A stretch of 64,000 nucleotides of DNA from an uncultured archaeon (GTDB lineage: Archaea; Thermoproteota; Bathyarchaeia; Bathyarchaeales; Bathycorpusculaceae): positions 128,001 to 192,000 of the forward strand of contig CAWALK010000022.1 in NCBI GenBank assembly GCA_963782915.1, written 5' to 3'. The translations under genes and the position numbers were made by a program. Shown here one piece after another: positions 1-10,831 of the stretch. The notes under the pieces were generated by a model, which had not been told where the DNA came from, ran no database searches, and worked only from the letters and a program-made list of their open reading frames with translations. The number at the start of each line of letters is the position of its first letter. Positions within the stretch are counted from its first letter, which is position 1.

Positions 1-2
1 AG

Positions 3-170
3 AAGGTTAAGCCTCTTATTTTCAAGCCACTGATGACAACTAAAGCTAAAGGCCAAGGGTTAGGCTTGGCTGTTGTTAAACGGCTGGTAGAAGCGTTGGG
101 CGGTCAAATAGCATTCGAAAGCCAAGAAGGTAAAGGCACAACATTTACTATCAAGCTTCCGATCCAGTAA
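3..170 (+). CDS. C-terminal end of a sensor histidine kinase (HATPase_c), partial at window edge
   Basis: Manual translation [55 protein letters not shown] contains the F/G2 boxes. Confidence 0.9.
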   Translation, partial: KVKPLIFKPLMTTKAKGQGLGLAVVKRLVEALGGQIAFESQEGKGTTFTIKLPIQ

Positions 171-205
171 GGTCTTGAACAGCTAAAATTATTTTTGGCA
201 GTGGA

Positions 206-334
206 GCTTGTGGTTTATTGTACAACCAACCTGCAACCTGATTTGGACGCTGAAGCTAAAATGCAATCGCCAGCAAACTCTGCTGGTTGTTGTTGTGTAT
301 AGGCGGTTTTCGCCAACAACACACTATAAAAAAA
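206..334 (-). repeat. Dispersed intergenic repeat copy
   Basis: Reverse complement aligns by eye with 7401-7530 and 51551-51620; exact CCTATACACAACAAC shared with 51582-51596. Confidence 0.7.
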
Positions 335-447
335 CAGAAAACTCCAAATCGATCAGATTGGGAGGTCGCTTGGGTAACCTTACCTGACTTTAGCTTGCCT
401 TTTTGGTGCCTATAAATAGAGGGGGGATAGGTTACAGAGAGAGCAAA

Positions 448-2802
448 CTATTTTTTGATTTTCAACAGAACATAATGCCCCATCCGGTATAGCAAGCTGC
501 CTATTGCAAGCGCGAAAGCGGGCATAGCGGGCAAAATGTACCAGAACAGTTTGGTTTGGGCAAAAGTAAACAATCCCAAAACGATAACCATCCAGCCAAC
601 CAAGCAAGGTATCAGCACGCGACCGCTTAGATACGATGTTATAGATGCAGAATGCAGCCGCAAAAGGCAACAGCACCGCCCAAACCGTTTCATTGGTTAA
701 CAAATGCTCGAAATAGTACAGGTAACTTTCGCTGTGCCCCTCCAATGGAGTTATGACTCGGTTGACGTTTGAGTATACAAAGAAGCAATCCCAGAAATCT
801 TTAGAAACCGACAACATATAGGCCACGTATGGACCAAAGATGGCTGCCGCGACTCCCCAAGAGAGCGCAAACCGCTTAGAAAAAGCAAACTTGCCACGCC
901 TTGTAAACAGCAGATACACAAGCATTATAGCTGGAATCAGCAGGGCTTCAAGCTGCTTAGTCATCAAAGCCAAACCAAAAAAAACCCCGCTAAACGCAGC
1001 GTATTTTATGGCATCTTTTGTTTTGTCTTCGCTAAGCAACAGAAAATAGATGCTTGCCAACATAAAGAAAACAAGCGGAACATCAGTCATCATATGCGTC
1101 GCATACTGATAAAACGTCACAAAGGTTCCAAGAACAAACACCGAAACCAAACCAACTTTAGCGTTGAAAAGTTTCTTGCCCAAAAAGAAAACCATAACCA
1201 ACGATAAAGCACCAAAAAGCGGCATCCAAACTCTCGCCGCAAAATTAGACACACCCAGTACTTGGTAGGAAACTGAAGTTAACCACATGAGCAGCGGCGG
1301 TTTTCCCACCCAAAACGCGGGTTCCCCACCTACCCATGGTGTAAAGTAATCGCCGCTTTTAACAATGTGATAGGAGATTTGGGTGTAGGTTTTTTCGTCC
1401 GCAGCCCAGAGTGGTGACCCATTGAGGCTTAGGAGGTAGATGGCTGAGAATGCCAGAATCATGGCGGCGCAAACTAAGTTGAGGTGGGCTGAAAACCATG
1501 ACTCGACCGTGCTAGCGCCTGTGATTTGCGGGGTGATTTGCTTGTTTCTTCTTGAGGTGTAGAAGTGGCGTATGATTACAAAAACAACCAACCCCCAAGC
1601 AATACAGAATAGAATATCAAAAATTATTGTGCTCCAAAAAATCGGTGCAGACGCCTCTATTGGCTCCACCGAAGAATCGCTAAGCCTAAAGGCGTAGAGG
1701 TGATGGTCATGGGACCCAAAATACAGAGTATCGCCCACGATGCTAGGGGAAGAATCAATTATGCCGTCTGCTTGGTAACTCCATTTCTCTTGGCCCGTGT
1801 AAGCGTCGAGGCAGTAGAGGTGATAGTCCTGGGAGCCAACGAATAGGTTGCCGTTGGCGATTGCTGGGGACGACCATACCCAGTAGCCAGTTTGGGTCTG
1901 CCAAAGTTTTGATCCGTCGGTGGCGTTTAGGCAGTATATGCTGCCGTCATCGGAGCCTATGTAGATTCGCCCATAAGCTGTGGCGGCTGAGGAACTGACT
2001 GTGTCCTGAGTTCTGGTAAGTCCAAGTTCGAATGCCTGTGGAAGCGTTTACGCATGTGATCCAGCCGTCGTATGCGCCGATGTAGATGAAGCCATTATCG
2101 ATGCAGGGGGAATTGAGGTTGCTGCCAGTATATTCCCGCCATATTTTTTCGCCTGTGGTTGCGTTTAGGGCGTATAGGTGGTAGTCGTCGCAGGCAACAT
2201 ACACTATGCCGTTAACTACCGCTGGAGAGGAATCCACACGAGACTCCGTTGGATAAGTCCAGAGAATATCGCCATTTGAAGCATTAAAGCAGAAAATGTC
2301 ATGGGATCCAGAACCGATAAACACCCTATCATCGACCACTGCTGGAGAAGAAAAGAATTTGCCGCCCGCATTCGTCCCCCAAGCAGGTACACCGCTGGAT
2401 AGGTTAATGCAGTATACCCAGCCATCGTATGAACCCACGTAAACATATCCGTTGTATATTGCGGGTGAAGAGTCCACTTCATGGAGGGTTTGCAGGGACC
2501 ACACGTACTTGCCTGTTGATGCGTTGAGGCAGTAGATGTAGCAGTCCTTGCAGCCAAACACTACTAAGCCCTCGGAGATTGCGGGGGATGACAAAACTGA
2601 TGCGCTTGTTGGAAATTCCCAGAGTGGCTGTGCTGAGTTGGCCGTGCTGTTGCTGGCGGTGTAGCCGCTGTGGCTTAAGTCATGGCGAAACATGGGCCAA
2701 TCGGCGCTGGAGGTAACGTCTGCGGCAGAAGCCACCGATAGTGCCGACGAAAGTGGCAATCAGTAACATTAGACTGCTTAGAAGTAACTGTGCCTTCTTC
2801 AT
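448..2802 (-). CDS. PQQ/BamB-like beta-propeller repeat protein fused to an ArnT/PMT-like (GT-C) glycosyltransferase; several frameshifts
   Basis: Signal-like N-terminus from ATG 2802, WPMFRHD and SSPA...GS.D..Y.C.NA.TG..W repeats continuing across frames; last blade lies in ORF 410..1738, followed by DE, KPPL and TK GT-C motifs; C-terminus in ORF 448..693. Confidence 0.8.
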
Positions 2803-2924
2803 TGCCCACCCTTTACAAGCAATCCAGTGTTAATTGAATGCATATTAAGCTGACGGAACCCAAACAGCTTAAGATGGGAATCTCCGAAAAAGAAAATCGA
2901 TAAGAAAATTGAGAAGAGAGAAAA

Positions 2925-3593
2925 TTAGTCTCTGCTTGAGAGAACCAAAATATAGTCTGCTGTGTCAGCGCACATGTCTGCCGCTTGCTCAATGAACTCG
3001 ATTAAGTCATCGAAAATAACCATGGCTCCACAGTTCATTTCTACACCATACTTGACGAATAAGCCCTTAGCTTTAAGGTACTCATCGTCGATGGCATGTT
3101 CGATGTCGCCGACTTTTTTTGCTTCCCGTATGGCTTCGTTGGGTGCCGAAGAGATTTTCTCTATGCTACCGCGCAATGTTTGGGCGGTTTCAACGAGTTT
3201 TGTAGTCATGAAGACTGTTTTATCGGAGAGCTCTTTTGGAATATCGGTATCAATTAGCATTTCGAGGCATCTTGCAGCATCTTTTGTGTGGTCTGCTAAG
3301 GTGTCTAATCGTTTGACGAGGTGCAGGAGGTCTTCTCTGTAATCTGAGACCAGTGCGGCGCCTTTGGATAACTCCATGAAGGTGTCTGTTCGGAGTTGGT
3401 CAACTTCCTCTTCGGCTTTGTAGAGGTTTTCGATGTATTTTTTGGCGTCTTTGAAGTTTTTTTCAGAGAAGCATTTGGTTGCTTTCTGTAGCCAAGTTAC
3501 CGTATCGAATGCTTTAGTTATTTGTTCATGGGCTAGTTCTAAGCCTCTTGTTTTGCGGCGTTGTTCGAACCAGTCGTAACTCTTTTTTTCCAC
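2925..3593 (-). CDS. DUF47/PhoU-like phosphate transport regulator
   Basis: EEEVDQLR, REDLLHLVKRLD and EQAADMCADTAD helical repeat motifs. Confidence 0.85.
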   Translation of the reverse strand: MEKKSYDWFEQRRKTRGLELAHEQITKAFDTVTWLQKATKCFSEKNFKDAKKYIENLYKAEEEVDQLRTDTFMELSKGAALVSDYREDLLHLVKRLDTLADHTKDAARCLEMLIDTDIPKELSDKTVFMTTKLVETAQTLRGSIEKISSAPNEAIREAKKVGDIEHAIDDEYLKAKGLFVKYGVEMNCGAMVIFDDLIEFIEQAADMCADTADYILVLSSRD

Positions 3594-3986
3594 CTATACC
3601 ATCTCCGATTACTAATCAACTATTCTAGCTTGTAGATATAACCCTTCCTTTAGCACCACATTCACGCGTGTTTACTGGATAAGTTGTGTTCGTTTAGTTT
3701 TGGGTTGAGTTATTTTTTATCTGATGCAAACATCTATGGCTAACAGCCAATCTTTTAAGTCGGCATTCGTAACCTTGGCTTGCTTTTTAATTGCTTTCTG
3801 TTTCAACATTTCCCCTCATCCATTTGCTCATATGTGGTCATAGTACCATGCGTCTTCTTTTTTTGCCCTTTGTTTCGTGGGTTTTCTGTTTTGCATGGCA
3901 CTGCACGCATGAAAGCAATACCCTTAGGTGCCCTATTTAGAATGCCCACATAATCTATAGAGACCACAATACTCTATAGTTCACAA

Positions 3987-4907
3987 TTAGGCGTATAAAA
4001 CAGCTTTAGCTAATGCAACTTTATCCTCGAGGGATTTCATCACTGTATTAGTCACTGTTACGCCTATGCCGAGTTTTTCAATCCTTTCTTTCAATACATC
4101 ATCTTTGGTATCGATGACCATTGCGTCGAGGAAATCAGCATAAAGCTGGGCTACCCCAAACGCGGAAACTTCAACGCCTAAACCGCGAAGCATCTTATCC
4201 GCCGGACCCTTAATCGTAGCGCCAGCCACAATGGGACTAACAGCAACCACCTTCGCCTTAGTTTGCTGCAAAGCAGACCGTACTCCAGCGATGGAGAGAA
4301 TAGTGCCGACACTAACAATGGGGTTGCTTGGGCAAACAATCACTAATTCTGCATCCGAAATGGCTTCTAAAACGCCAGGCGAAGGCTTTGCTGAGGCTTG
4401 ACCGACGAATTCAACTCCTAAGAACTCGTCTCTAAATTGACGCTTAACAAAGTATTCCTCAAAATGGATTGAGCCATTGGGCGTGTTGATTCTTGTTTCG
4501 AATCGGTCGTTGCTCATGGGAAGAATTTTTACTTTTAGCCCTAAACTGTTGCTAACTTCAGCTGCAATTTGTGAAAATAAGGCGCCCTGTTTGAGTCGGT
4601 TAGTTCTGTAAATATGGGTGGCTAAGTCTTTGTCGCCGAGGTTGAACCACGTGTCTGCGCCAAGACTCTTGAGCATAGTGAGGCACTGAAAGGTATCGTC
4701 TTTGATTCCCCAGCCTTTCGCTTCATCCACAATGCCTGCTAATGTGTAAGTTACGATGTCCACGTCAGGGGAAATATAGAGCCCGAAGAGTTCTATGTCG
4801 TCGCCCGTGTTAACGATGACTGAGAGGTCTTCTTGGTTAACTATCTGAGTTAAGCCTGTTAAGAATCTGGCTGCGCCCACTCCGCCAGCTAATGCAGTTA
4901 TCTTCAA
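3987..4907 (-). CDS. cofD: 2-phospho-L-lactate transferase (F420 biosynthesis)
   Basis: LAGGVGAARF, NTGDD, SPDVD, WFNLGDKD, HFEEYFV, PSNP, KGPADK motifs. Confidence 0.95.
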   Translation of the reverse strand: MKITALAGGVGAARFLTGLTQIVNQEDLSVIVNTGDDIELFGLYISPDVDIVTYTLAGIVDEAKGWGIKDDTFQCLTMLKSLGADTWFNLGDKDLATHIYRTNRLKQGALFSQIAAEVSNSLGLKVKILPMSNDRFETRINTPNGSIHFEEYFVKRQFRDEFLGVEFVGQASAKPSPGVLEAISDAELVIVCPSNPIVSVGTILSIAGVRSALQQTKAKVVAVSPIVAGATIKGPADKMLRGLGVEVSAFGVAQLYADFLDAMVIDTKDDVLKERIEKLGIGVTVTNTVMKSLEDKVALAKAVLYA

Positions 4908-5013
4908 AACATGCGCTCTCCCAAATGAGTCATAAAGAACCGCAAGTAAGCTAGATAGAGGTAATTAAAAACTTTTTACAATAAAGGAAAATAAAGGATA
5001 AGATGGTTTTGGT

Positions 5014-5679
5014 TTATTGTGCTGGAGCTTCAGCTTCTTCGTCTTCTTCTGACTCAGGCTCTGCTGCGGGGGCTGGGGCTTCTTTTGGCAGTACTGCTGG
5101 GGCTGCGAGTAGTTTGGATTTGCGTATACCGACGTGTCGTAGTGGTGCAACGAGTTTAGCTTGGTTGTAGATGTCTGAAGCGATTTTGCCAAGAACCATT
5201 TCTTGTACGAATTGGTCAAGTGTTAATGCGGCAGCTTTGTCTCTGATGATTTTCTCCATCATGTCACGGATGATTTTTTCCTGTGAAGTCTTTATGCGTG
5301 AGAGAGTCAGTGCTGAGACGGAAATGCGTAGTTTGAAGCCGTCTTTGGTGTTTAGGTTGAATAATCCATCGACTTTTGTTGTTCTTCTGCGCACTAAGCT
5401 TCTTAGGAAATCACGAGAATATTCGTGTCCCTTGAAGAGGGTCCTAGCGCTTTTTCCTTCGATGTGGTGGATTTGGAAGAACATTTTCAAGTAATGATGT
5501 GAAAAGTCACCTGTTATGTCATAGAGTGTTGCTTCTACGACTCTACCGATTAACATTTGTTCTTCTTGGGCTGGAATAGAACCTAGCTCTATGTTGCCGA
5601 AGAATGACGGCGCAACTACCATATACCATGTTTTACTGCGCCATTTATCGCGAACGTGCTTTGTTGATTTAGCGGACAA
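5014..5679 (-). CDS. rps3ae: 30S ribosomal protein S3Ae (eS1)
   Basis: RDKWRSKTWY..APSFFG, GRVVEATLYDITGD. Confidence 0.97.
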   Translation of the reverse strand: MSAKSTKHVRDKWRSKTWYMVVAPSFFGNIELGSIPAQEEQMLIGRVVEATLYDITGDFSHHYLKMFFQIHHIEGKSARTLFKGHEYSRDFLRSLVRRRTTKVDGLFNLNTKDGFKLRISVSALTLSRIKTSQEKIIRDMMEKIIRDKAAALTLDQFVQEMVLGKIASDIYNQAKLVAPLRHVGIRKSKLLAAPAVLPKEAPAPAAEPESEEDEEAEAPAQ

Positions 5680-5730
5680 AGTTATTTCTCCGAACCGTTG
5701 CAGAACATTCTCATAGATATATTAAAACTT

Positions 5731-7020
5731 TTAGAGTTTTCTGCTTATTTTCTCTCTATTACCCATGTACTTTCTAAGCACTTCAGGTATATTTATCGTT
5801 CCATCCTCATTCTGGTTGTTCTCTAGAATAGCAACTATGGTTCTGCCTGTGGCGATGGCGGTTGAATTGAGCGTGTGAACTGGACCTACTGGTGGCGCAC
5901 CCTCTTTTAGGCGGTAACGTACACCTAAGCGTCTTGCTTGGTAGTCGGTGCAGTTGCTGCATGAAACCACTTCGCGGTAGTCGCCCTGCGCGGGCATCCA
6001 AGCTTCAATGTCATATTTTTTGGCCGCTACTGTGCCGATGTCGCCTGTACAGACGTTAACGATGCGGTATGCTAAGCCAAGTTTCTGGTATATGTTCTCG
6101 GCGTTGGCGAGGAGTTCTTCGTGGAGTTTTGGGGAGTCTTCGGGTTTGCAGAATATGAATTGTTCGATCTTGTTGAATTGGTGGGTGCGGAAGATGCCGC
6201 GGGTGTCTTTGCCATGTGCGCCTGCTTCTTTGCGGAAACAGGTACTTACTCCGGCGAGTTTGACGGGCATGTCGTCGAGTTTTAGGACTTCGTTCCAGTA
6301 CATGGCTGCTAATGGGTGCTCTGAGGTGGCGATCATGTAGAGGTCTTCGTCTTGGATTTTGTATAGTACCTCTTCGAAGTCAGCTAGTGCTGTTACTCCC
6401 TCGTATGCCTCGCGTTTCATCATGTACGGTGGAACGACTGGTGTGTAGCCTTTCTGTTGGAGTTCATCGAGAGCAAAGTGCATTAAAGCCATGTCGAGCA
6501 TGGCCACATCGTTTTTGAGGTAGAAGAATCTGGCTCCGGCTATTCTGCCGGCTCGTTCCATGTCAATTTGATCTAGTGCAAGCGCTAAATCAATGTGGTT
6601 TTTGACTGTGAATGTGAATTGTGGGATATTGCCCCATTTTTTTACTGTTACGTTTTCGCTTGAATCTTTTCCAACTGGAACTGAATCTTCAAGCAAATTA
6701 GGCAAATTCAGGAGATAAGTTTTGATTTTGGCTTCTTGTTCAACAACCTGCTTTTCCATAACGGTGACTTTCACATCGATTTCCTGTGCTTTAGCGAATT
6801 CGCCGTTGGCTTCTTTGCAGGCTTTTTTGAGTTTAGCGATTTCAATGGTGACTTGTTTTCGGTCATGGCGTAGGTCGTTTAGTTTTGTGTTGTTCAATCG
6901 CCATTCCTTGTCTAGTGCGATGAGGTCATCGAGCATTTTTAGGCATTCTGGGTTGTTTCGTTTTGATAGGTTGGTTTTGACGAGTTCTGGGTTTTCGCGG
7001 ATAAGCTTGATGTCTAACAT
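5731..7020 (-). CDS. serS: Serine--tRNA ligase
   Basis: MLDIKLIR, ATSEHP, FRKEAG, HQFNKIEQF, EVVSCSNCTDYQARR, HTLNST. Confidence 0.97.
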   Translation of the reverse strand: MLDIKLIRENPELVKTNLSKRNNPECLKMLDDLIALDKEWRLNNTKLNDLRHDRKQVTIEIAKLKKACKEANGEFAKAQEIDVKVTVMEKQVVEQEAKIKTYLLNLPNLLEDSVPVGKDSSENVTVKKWGNIPQFTFTVKNHIDLALALDQIDMERAGRIAGARFFYLKNDVAMLDMALMHFALDELQQKGYTPVVPPYMMKREAYEGVTALADFEEVLYKIQDEDLYMIATSEHPLAAMYWNEVLKLDDMPVKLAGVSTCFRKEAGAHGKDTRGIFRTHQFNKIEQFIFCKPEDSPKLHEELLANAENIYQKLGLAYRIVNVCTGDIGTVAAKKYDIEAWMPAQGDYREVVSCSNCTDYQARRLGVRYRLKEGAPPVGPVHTLNSTAIATGRTIVAILENNQNEDGTINIPEVLRKYMGNREKISRKL

Positions 7021-7163
7021 TATGGGTCACAGGACTAATTCTGTAACTAAGATAAAGTGGTATTTAACTTTACCAGCCTAAATAGCGGTGAGTGTGAAAC
7101 GGTTTAAGGTAAAAAGCAACTAAACGACCCTTTTGCTATAATGAGAAGGGTTAGATTCTTGAG

Positions 7164-7530
7164 TTTTTTTCTAATAGAAGATAATGGCATTACCTCCCTT
7201 ACTCATCATCTTCCTGTGGGCTCGGCTGATGACTGCTTTTTGGGTTCTGCGCTTGGTGGCGATTGCAGGGTAGTTGAGGCAATTTCTACAAGTATTTCGG
7301 TTAACAACCAGGCAATTTAATGTTCAAGCTTGGGAGAACCTACCTACCTCAAAGCTAGACCCCCTCCCCTATCAGTAGATCAAAATTTGTTGAGCGATTG
7401 GTTTTTTTATATTAGTTGTTGCCGACTACCCCTCTTATTTCAACAACAACCAGTGGCTTGTGTAGGAGGTTGTGTTTTGGTATCGGATTGCGGGACACGT
7501 TGCAGGCTAGTTGTGGAGACTTCCGCAAGC
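7164..7530 (+). repeat. Two tandem copies of the dispersed intergenic repeat separated by a C-rich motif
   Basis: 7164-7293 aligns to the reverse complement of 24058-24183 (about 75-80% by hand count); 7401-7530 aligns to rc 206-334 and to 42835-42937. Confidence 0.8.
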
Positions 7531-7640
7531 AGAAGGATTCCATGTCCCGCACGATTTGCTGCTGAAGCAGCCAGCGTTTTGTCTTAGAGTAATAGTTAAT
7601 AATGCAACTTTGATTACTTTCTATTGAGGCTTTTTATTTT

Positions 7641-9134
7641 TTGATAACTGCTCAGACATGCCCCTCACTTTCTAGCTACAGCAACTCCGGTGAAGAGACT
7701 ATCGTGCTTGTTTATCCGGGAAAATTTAGGGCACCTGACCCACAAGTTCCCTTAGCAATTTTGCATATCGCCGCCTCGCTACAGCAGGAAGGTTTCAAGG
7801 TACAACTTTTAGATATGCGGTTAAACGATTACCGCCGTTTTGTGGTAGGCAATCCTCTTTTTGTGGGCATCAGCTGCATGAGTGGCTTACAAATCAAATA
7901 TGCCCTAGAATTTGCCAAACAAGTACGACAGCAAAATCCGTCAGTACCTCTGGTTTGGGGTGGTGTTCATCCGACACTGCTACCGGAACAAACCATCTGC
8001 AATGACTTAGTTGATATCGTAGTTCGTGGTGAAGGGGAATTAATCATCAAGGACCTCGCCAACGCATTATCCCAGAATCAACCCCTTGAAGATGTATCGG
8101 GGATAACCTACAAAATTAATGATGCCATCAAAAACAATCCAGATGGAAAAGTCATAGACCTCGACGAAATACCCATACATTTGCCCTATGAACTCCTTGA
8201 CATGAACAAATATCCCTCATATAGATCCGGACGCTTCCACATCCAAACAAGCCGCGGCTGCCCGCACCGATGCGGCTTCTGCTACAACACCATTTTCAAT
8301 AAAAACCGCTGGAGAGCCAAATCTGCGAAAAGAGTCATCGACGAAATACAACACATCACCAGCAAATACCCCCACATAAAAATCATCGACCCAATCGACG
8401 ACAACGTCTTTGTCGACGAATACCGCGTTGAACAAATCTGCAAAGGACTCATTGACAAGAAACTTGGCGTTCAATGGCGTGCAAACTGCCGATTCGATTA
8501 CCTAGCAAACTATGACAAAGACTTCCTTGAACTACTCGAAAAGTCCGGCTGCGTCGAACTCGATTTCGGCGGAGAATCAGGTTCGGATCGCATTCAACAA
8601 TTAATCACCAAAGATGTAAGCAGGGAAGAAATGCTGCAGTCAGTTGAAAATCTAAGACAGTACGCTCCCTCAATTGAGCCGTATGTTTCTTGGATGAGCG
8701 GGTTACCTGGAGAAACTGATGAGGATTTGGCGAATACTTTTGATTTAATGGATAGAATGAGAGAAGTAAACCCGAAAACGCAGCATTACGGCATCTTTGT
8801 TTACACACCGTTTCCAAGCCCAGTCATGGAGTGTTTGCCCGCGGAATTTGCGGCGCCGCAAACACTTGAAGAATGGGGTAACATCCACGTCTTTCATTTC
8901 GATCCGCCATGGCATACTCCCCAGTACACTGCCAAGTTGCACACCATTTCAGCGGTTACAAGAATCGCGTTCTATCCCGAATCAAGAATAAAGGAACGGG
9001 ATTTAGCCTTCAAATTTGCCTATAAAATAATGAATAGGTTAGCGCGGTACCGCTGGAGTCATAGAAACTTTAGTTTTCCAATTGAACTAAAGATTGCTGA
9101 TGCAGTGGCTAGGCGCTTTAAGGGTTTTCTTTAG
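7641..9134 (+). CDS. B12-binding radical SAM protein (start uncertain)
   Basis: N-terminal cobalamin-binding domain (WGGVHPT, VRGEGE) and CPHRCGFC motif. Confidence 0.9.
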   Translation: MITAQTCPSLSSYSNSGEETIVLVYPGKFRAPDPQVPLAILHIAASLQQEGFKVQLLDMRLNDYRRFVVGNPLFVGISCMSGLQIKYALEFAKQVRQQNPSVPLVWGGVHPTLLPEQTICNDLVDIVVRGEGELIIKDLANALSQNQPLEDVSGITYKINDAIKNNPDGKVIDLDEIPIHLPYELLDMNKYPSYRSGRFHIQTSRGCPHRCGFCYNTIFNKNRWRAKSAKRVIDEIQHITSKYPHIKIIDPIDDNVFVDEYRVEQICKGLIDKKLGVQWRANCRFDYLANYDKDFLELLEKSGCVELDFGGESGSDRIQQLITKDVSREEMLQSVENLRQYAPSIEPYVSWMSGLPGETDEDLANTFDLMDRMREVNPKTQHYGIFVYTPFPSPVMECLPAEFAAPQTLEEWGNIHVFHFDPPWHTPQYTAKLHTISAVTRIAFYPESRIKERDLAFKFAYKIMNRLARYRWSHRNFSFPIELKIADAVARRFKGFL

Positions 9135-9562
9135 CGGCTGTAGTCTCTGCCTTCTGGTTTTGTGCTTGGCGGTTTTACTCCGGCTTCAGGAATTTGCGGT
9201 AGCGGGATTGGCGGCGGAATGTTGAGTGAACGTGATATCAGAACTGACTCGATAAAGACCACATTGGATATGGATTGAATGATTATCTGTGCTGGAGGCT
9301 TCTTTTGCTCGTAGTCTTTGAGAACTTTGTCGACTTCTTCTTTGTCACCGACTACGTAAGCGTTGCCTTTGAGGCTCATCTGTGCAATAGACGGATTATA
9401 AACAATAGATAAAACAAATGGCACCTCTAAGGATTCATCCTGCTTCTTCTCCATACCCACCACGTTAATGTTCGTGTTTATTTGGATGGGCGGAATCGGT
9501 TTGCGGACATCCCAGAAACGTTCCGCAGAGATGCTTGATACAACTACGTTTACTCTAAGCAT
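9131..9562 (-). CDS. Hypothetical protein, possibly SecB-like fold
   Basis: Beta-rich N-half, helical C-half ending PPPIPLP; last gene of the ribosomal cluster. Confidence 0.6.
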   Translation of the reverse strand: MLRVNVVVSSISAERFWDVRKPIPPIQINTNINVVGMEKKQDESLEVPFVLSIVYNPSIAQMSLKGNAYVVGDKEEVDKVLKDYEQKKPPAQIIIQSISNVVFIESVLISRSLNIPPPIPLPQIPEAGVKPPSTKPEGRDYSR

Positions 9563-9607
9563 TATAGGTCAAAAAAGAAATAGTGCGGAGGGAGGATTTA
9601 AAACTGT

Positions 9608-9886
9608 TTATTTCTGTTTGAAGCGAGTCAGACCGCAATGACCGCAAGTGTATCTAGCATGATGGTCTGCCATGAAGTAGCCTGGACCACAGCGCTCACA
9701 AGTTGGGCGTGCACGAGAGAGTTTTTCGCCTTCAACTTTGTACATGGCTTTAACGCCTTTTTCTTCTTTATGTTTCTTTTCGCGTTTGCCTTTCTCTGCT
9801 TTCTTTGCTGCTGGCGCTGCTGATTCTGCGGCTGCTGGCTTAGCTTCTTCTTTCTTTGGTGCTCCTTTTGCTGGTGCGGGTGCCAT
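9608..9886 (-). CDS. rps27ae: 30S ribosomal protein S27ae (eS31) with N-terminal low-complexity extension
   Basis: CERCGPGYFMADH..RYTCGHCG zinc finger; follows rps24e. Confidence 0.95.
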   Translation of the reverse strand: MAPAPAKGAPKKEEAKPAAAESAAPAAKKAEKGKREKKHKEEKGVKAMYKVEGEKLSRARPTCERCGPGYFMADHHARYTCGHCGLTRFKQK

Positions 9887-10191
9887 TATGCAGTCGCCTC
9901 TTCCTTAGGTTTTGGGTTATTTCTTAATTGGATGTATTCAGGTTCAACTAGTTTAGCTTGAGCAACGGATTTGTAAACGTTAGCAACTCCCTGTGTGATG
10001 CTAGTTCCAGTCTTAGTTCTCATTTGTTTAATGAAAACAACTTCGTCGCCGATTTTCATTTCGATGGCAACGGCTTTCCTAGCTTCCAACCGCTGTGGAG
10101 TTTTCTCTTTTGGACCCTGAACGATAGTGAAACCTACTTCTGTCCGTTTCAGAAGAGGATTCTCCTTGGTTGATTCTATTTTGACTTGCAT
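9886..10191 (-). CDS. rps24e: 30S ribosomal protein S24e
   Basis: ENPLLKRTEV, TPQR, EPEYIQLRN; conserved context. Confidence 0.93.
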   Translation of the reverse strand: MQVKIESTKENPLLKRTEVGFTIVQGPKEKTPQRLEARKAVAIEMKIGDEVVFIKQMRTKTGTSITQGVANVYKSVAQAKLVEPEYIQLRNNPKPKEEATA

Positions 10192-10235
10192 TAATGTTCA
10201 CTTAAGGCGTAAGTTCATACAATAATCTTCCTTAT

Positions 10236-10764
10236 TTAGGTTTTCGACGTATTCATCTCGTTTAGGAACTTTTTCACCTGAGCTTTCTTTTCTTGGGACG
10301 CTTTTACGACTACAATGCCCACGTGAGGCTGTCCGTAGACGATAAATGAGTTTTCTGGCGCATACAAAACCGCTATTAGCGTAAGCAAGTCTTCCTCGCC
10401 CTCAACCACAATATGCGTGTGCTTATTTGTCTCTAACGCAGTCTTGATGGCGGAGATTGCTTCGTCTGTTATGGTTCCTTGAGGATTCGCTACATACACC
10501 GTTTTTTCCACAGGCGCCTGTTTTGGCATAGGTTGGTCTCTGAGCGAAATGTAATCGATTACTGTAAGCTGCGGGTGAATGTTGAATGTCGTGCATGTTT
10601 TGGGACACTACGTCGCCGACTGAGATCACTCGCGGAGGCTTTTCTTTGGGCAGCATTTCTTTGAGTTTAGCCATAGTTTCTTGAACGGTGCCCTCAATTA
10701 AGGTTCCAAATGGCTCTTTAAGAAAAACCCGTAGCCTCGGCGTTAGAGTGTATTCTATTTTCAT
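10236..10764 (-). CDS. GTP-dependent dephospho-CoA kinase (DUF359); frameshifted
   Basis: LKEPFG, ISVGDVVS, NPQGTIT, VEGEEDLL, YGQP motifs split over two ORFs; canonical position between spt4 and rps24e. Confidence 0.88.
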
Positions 10765-10831
10765 CAGTTGAACCTTACAAAATAGAAGATAGCTGGTAGT
10801 TAAGAAGCTACCGAGAAAACGCTAAAAGCGT

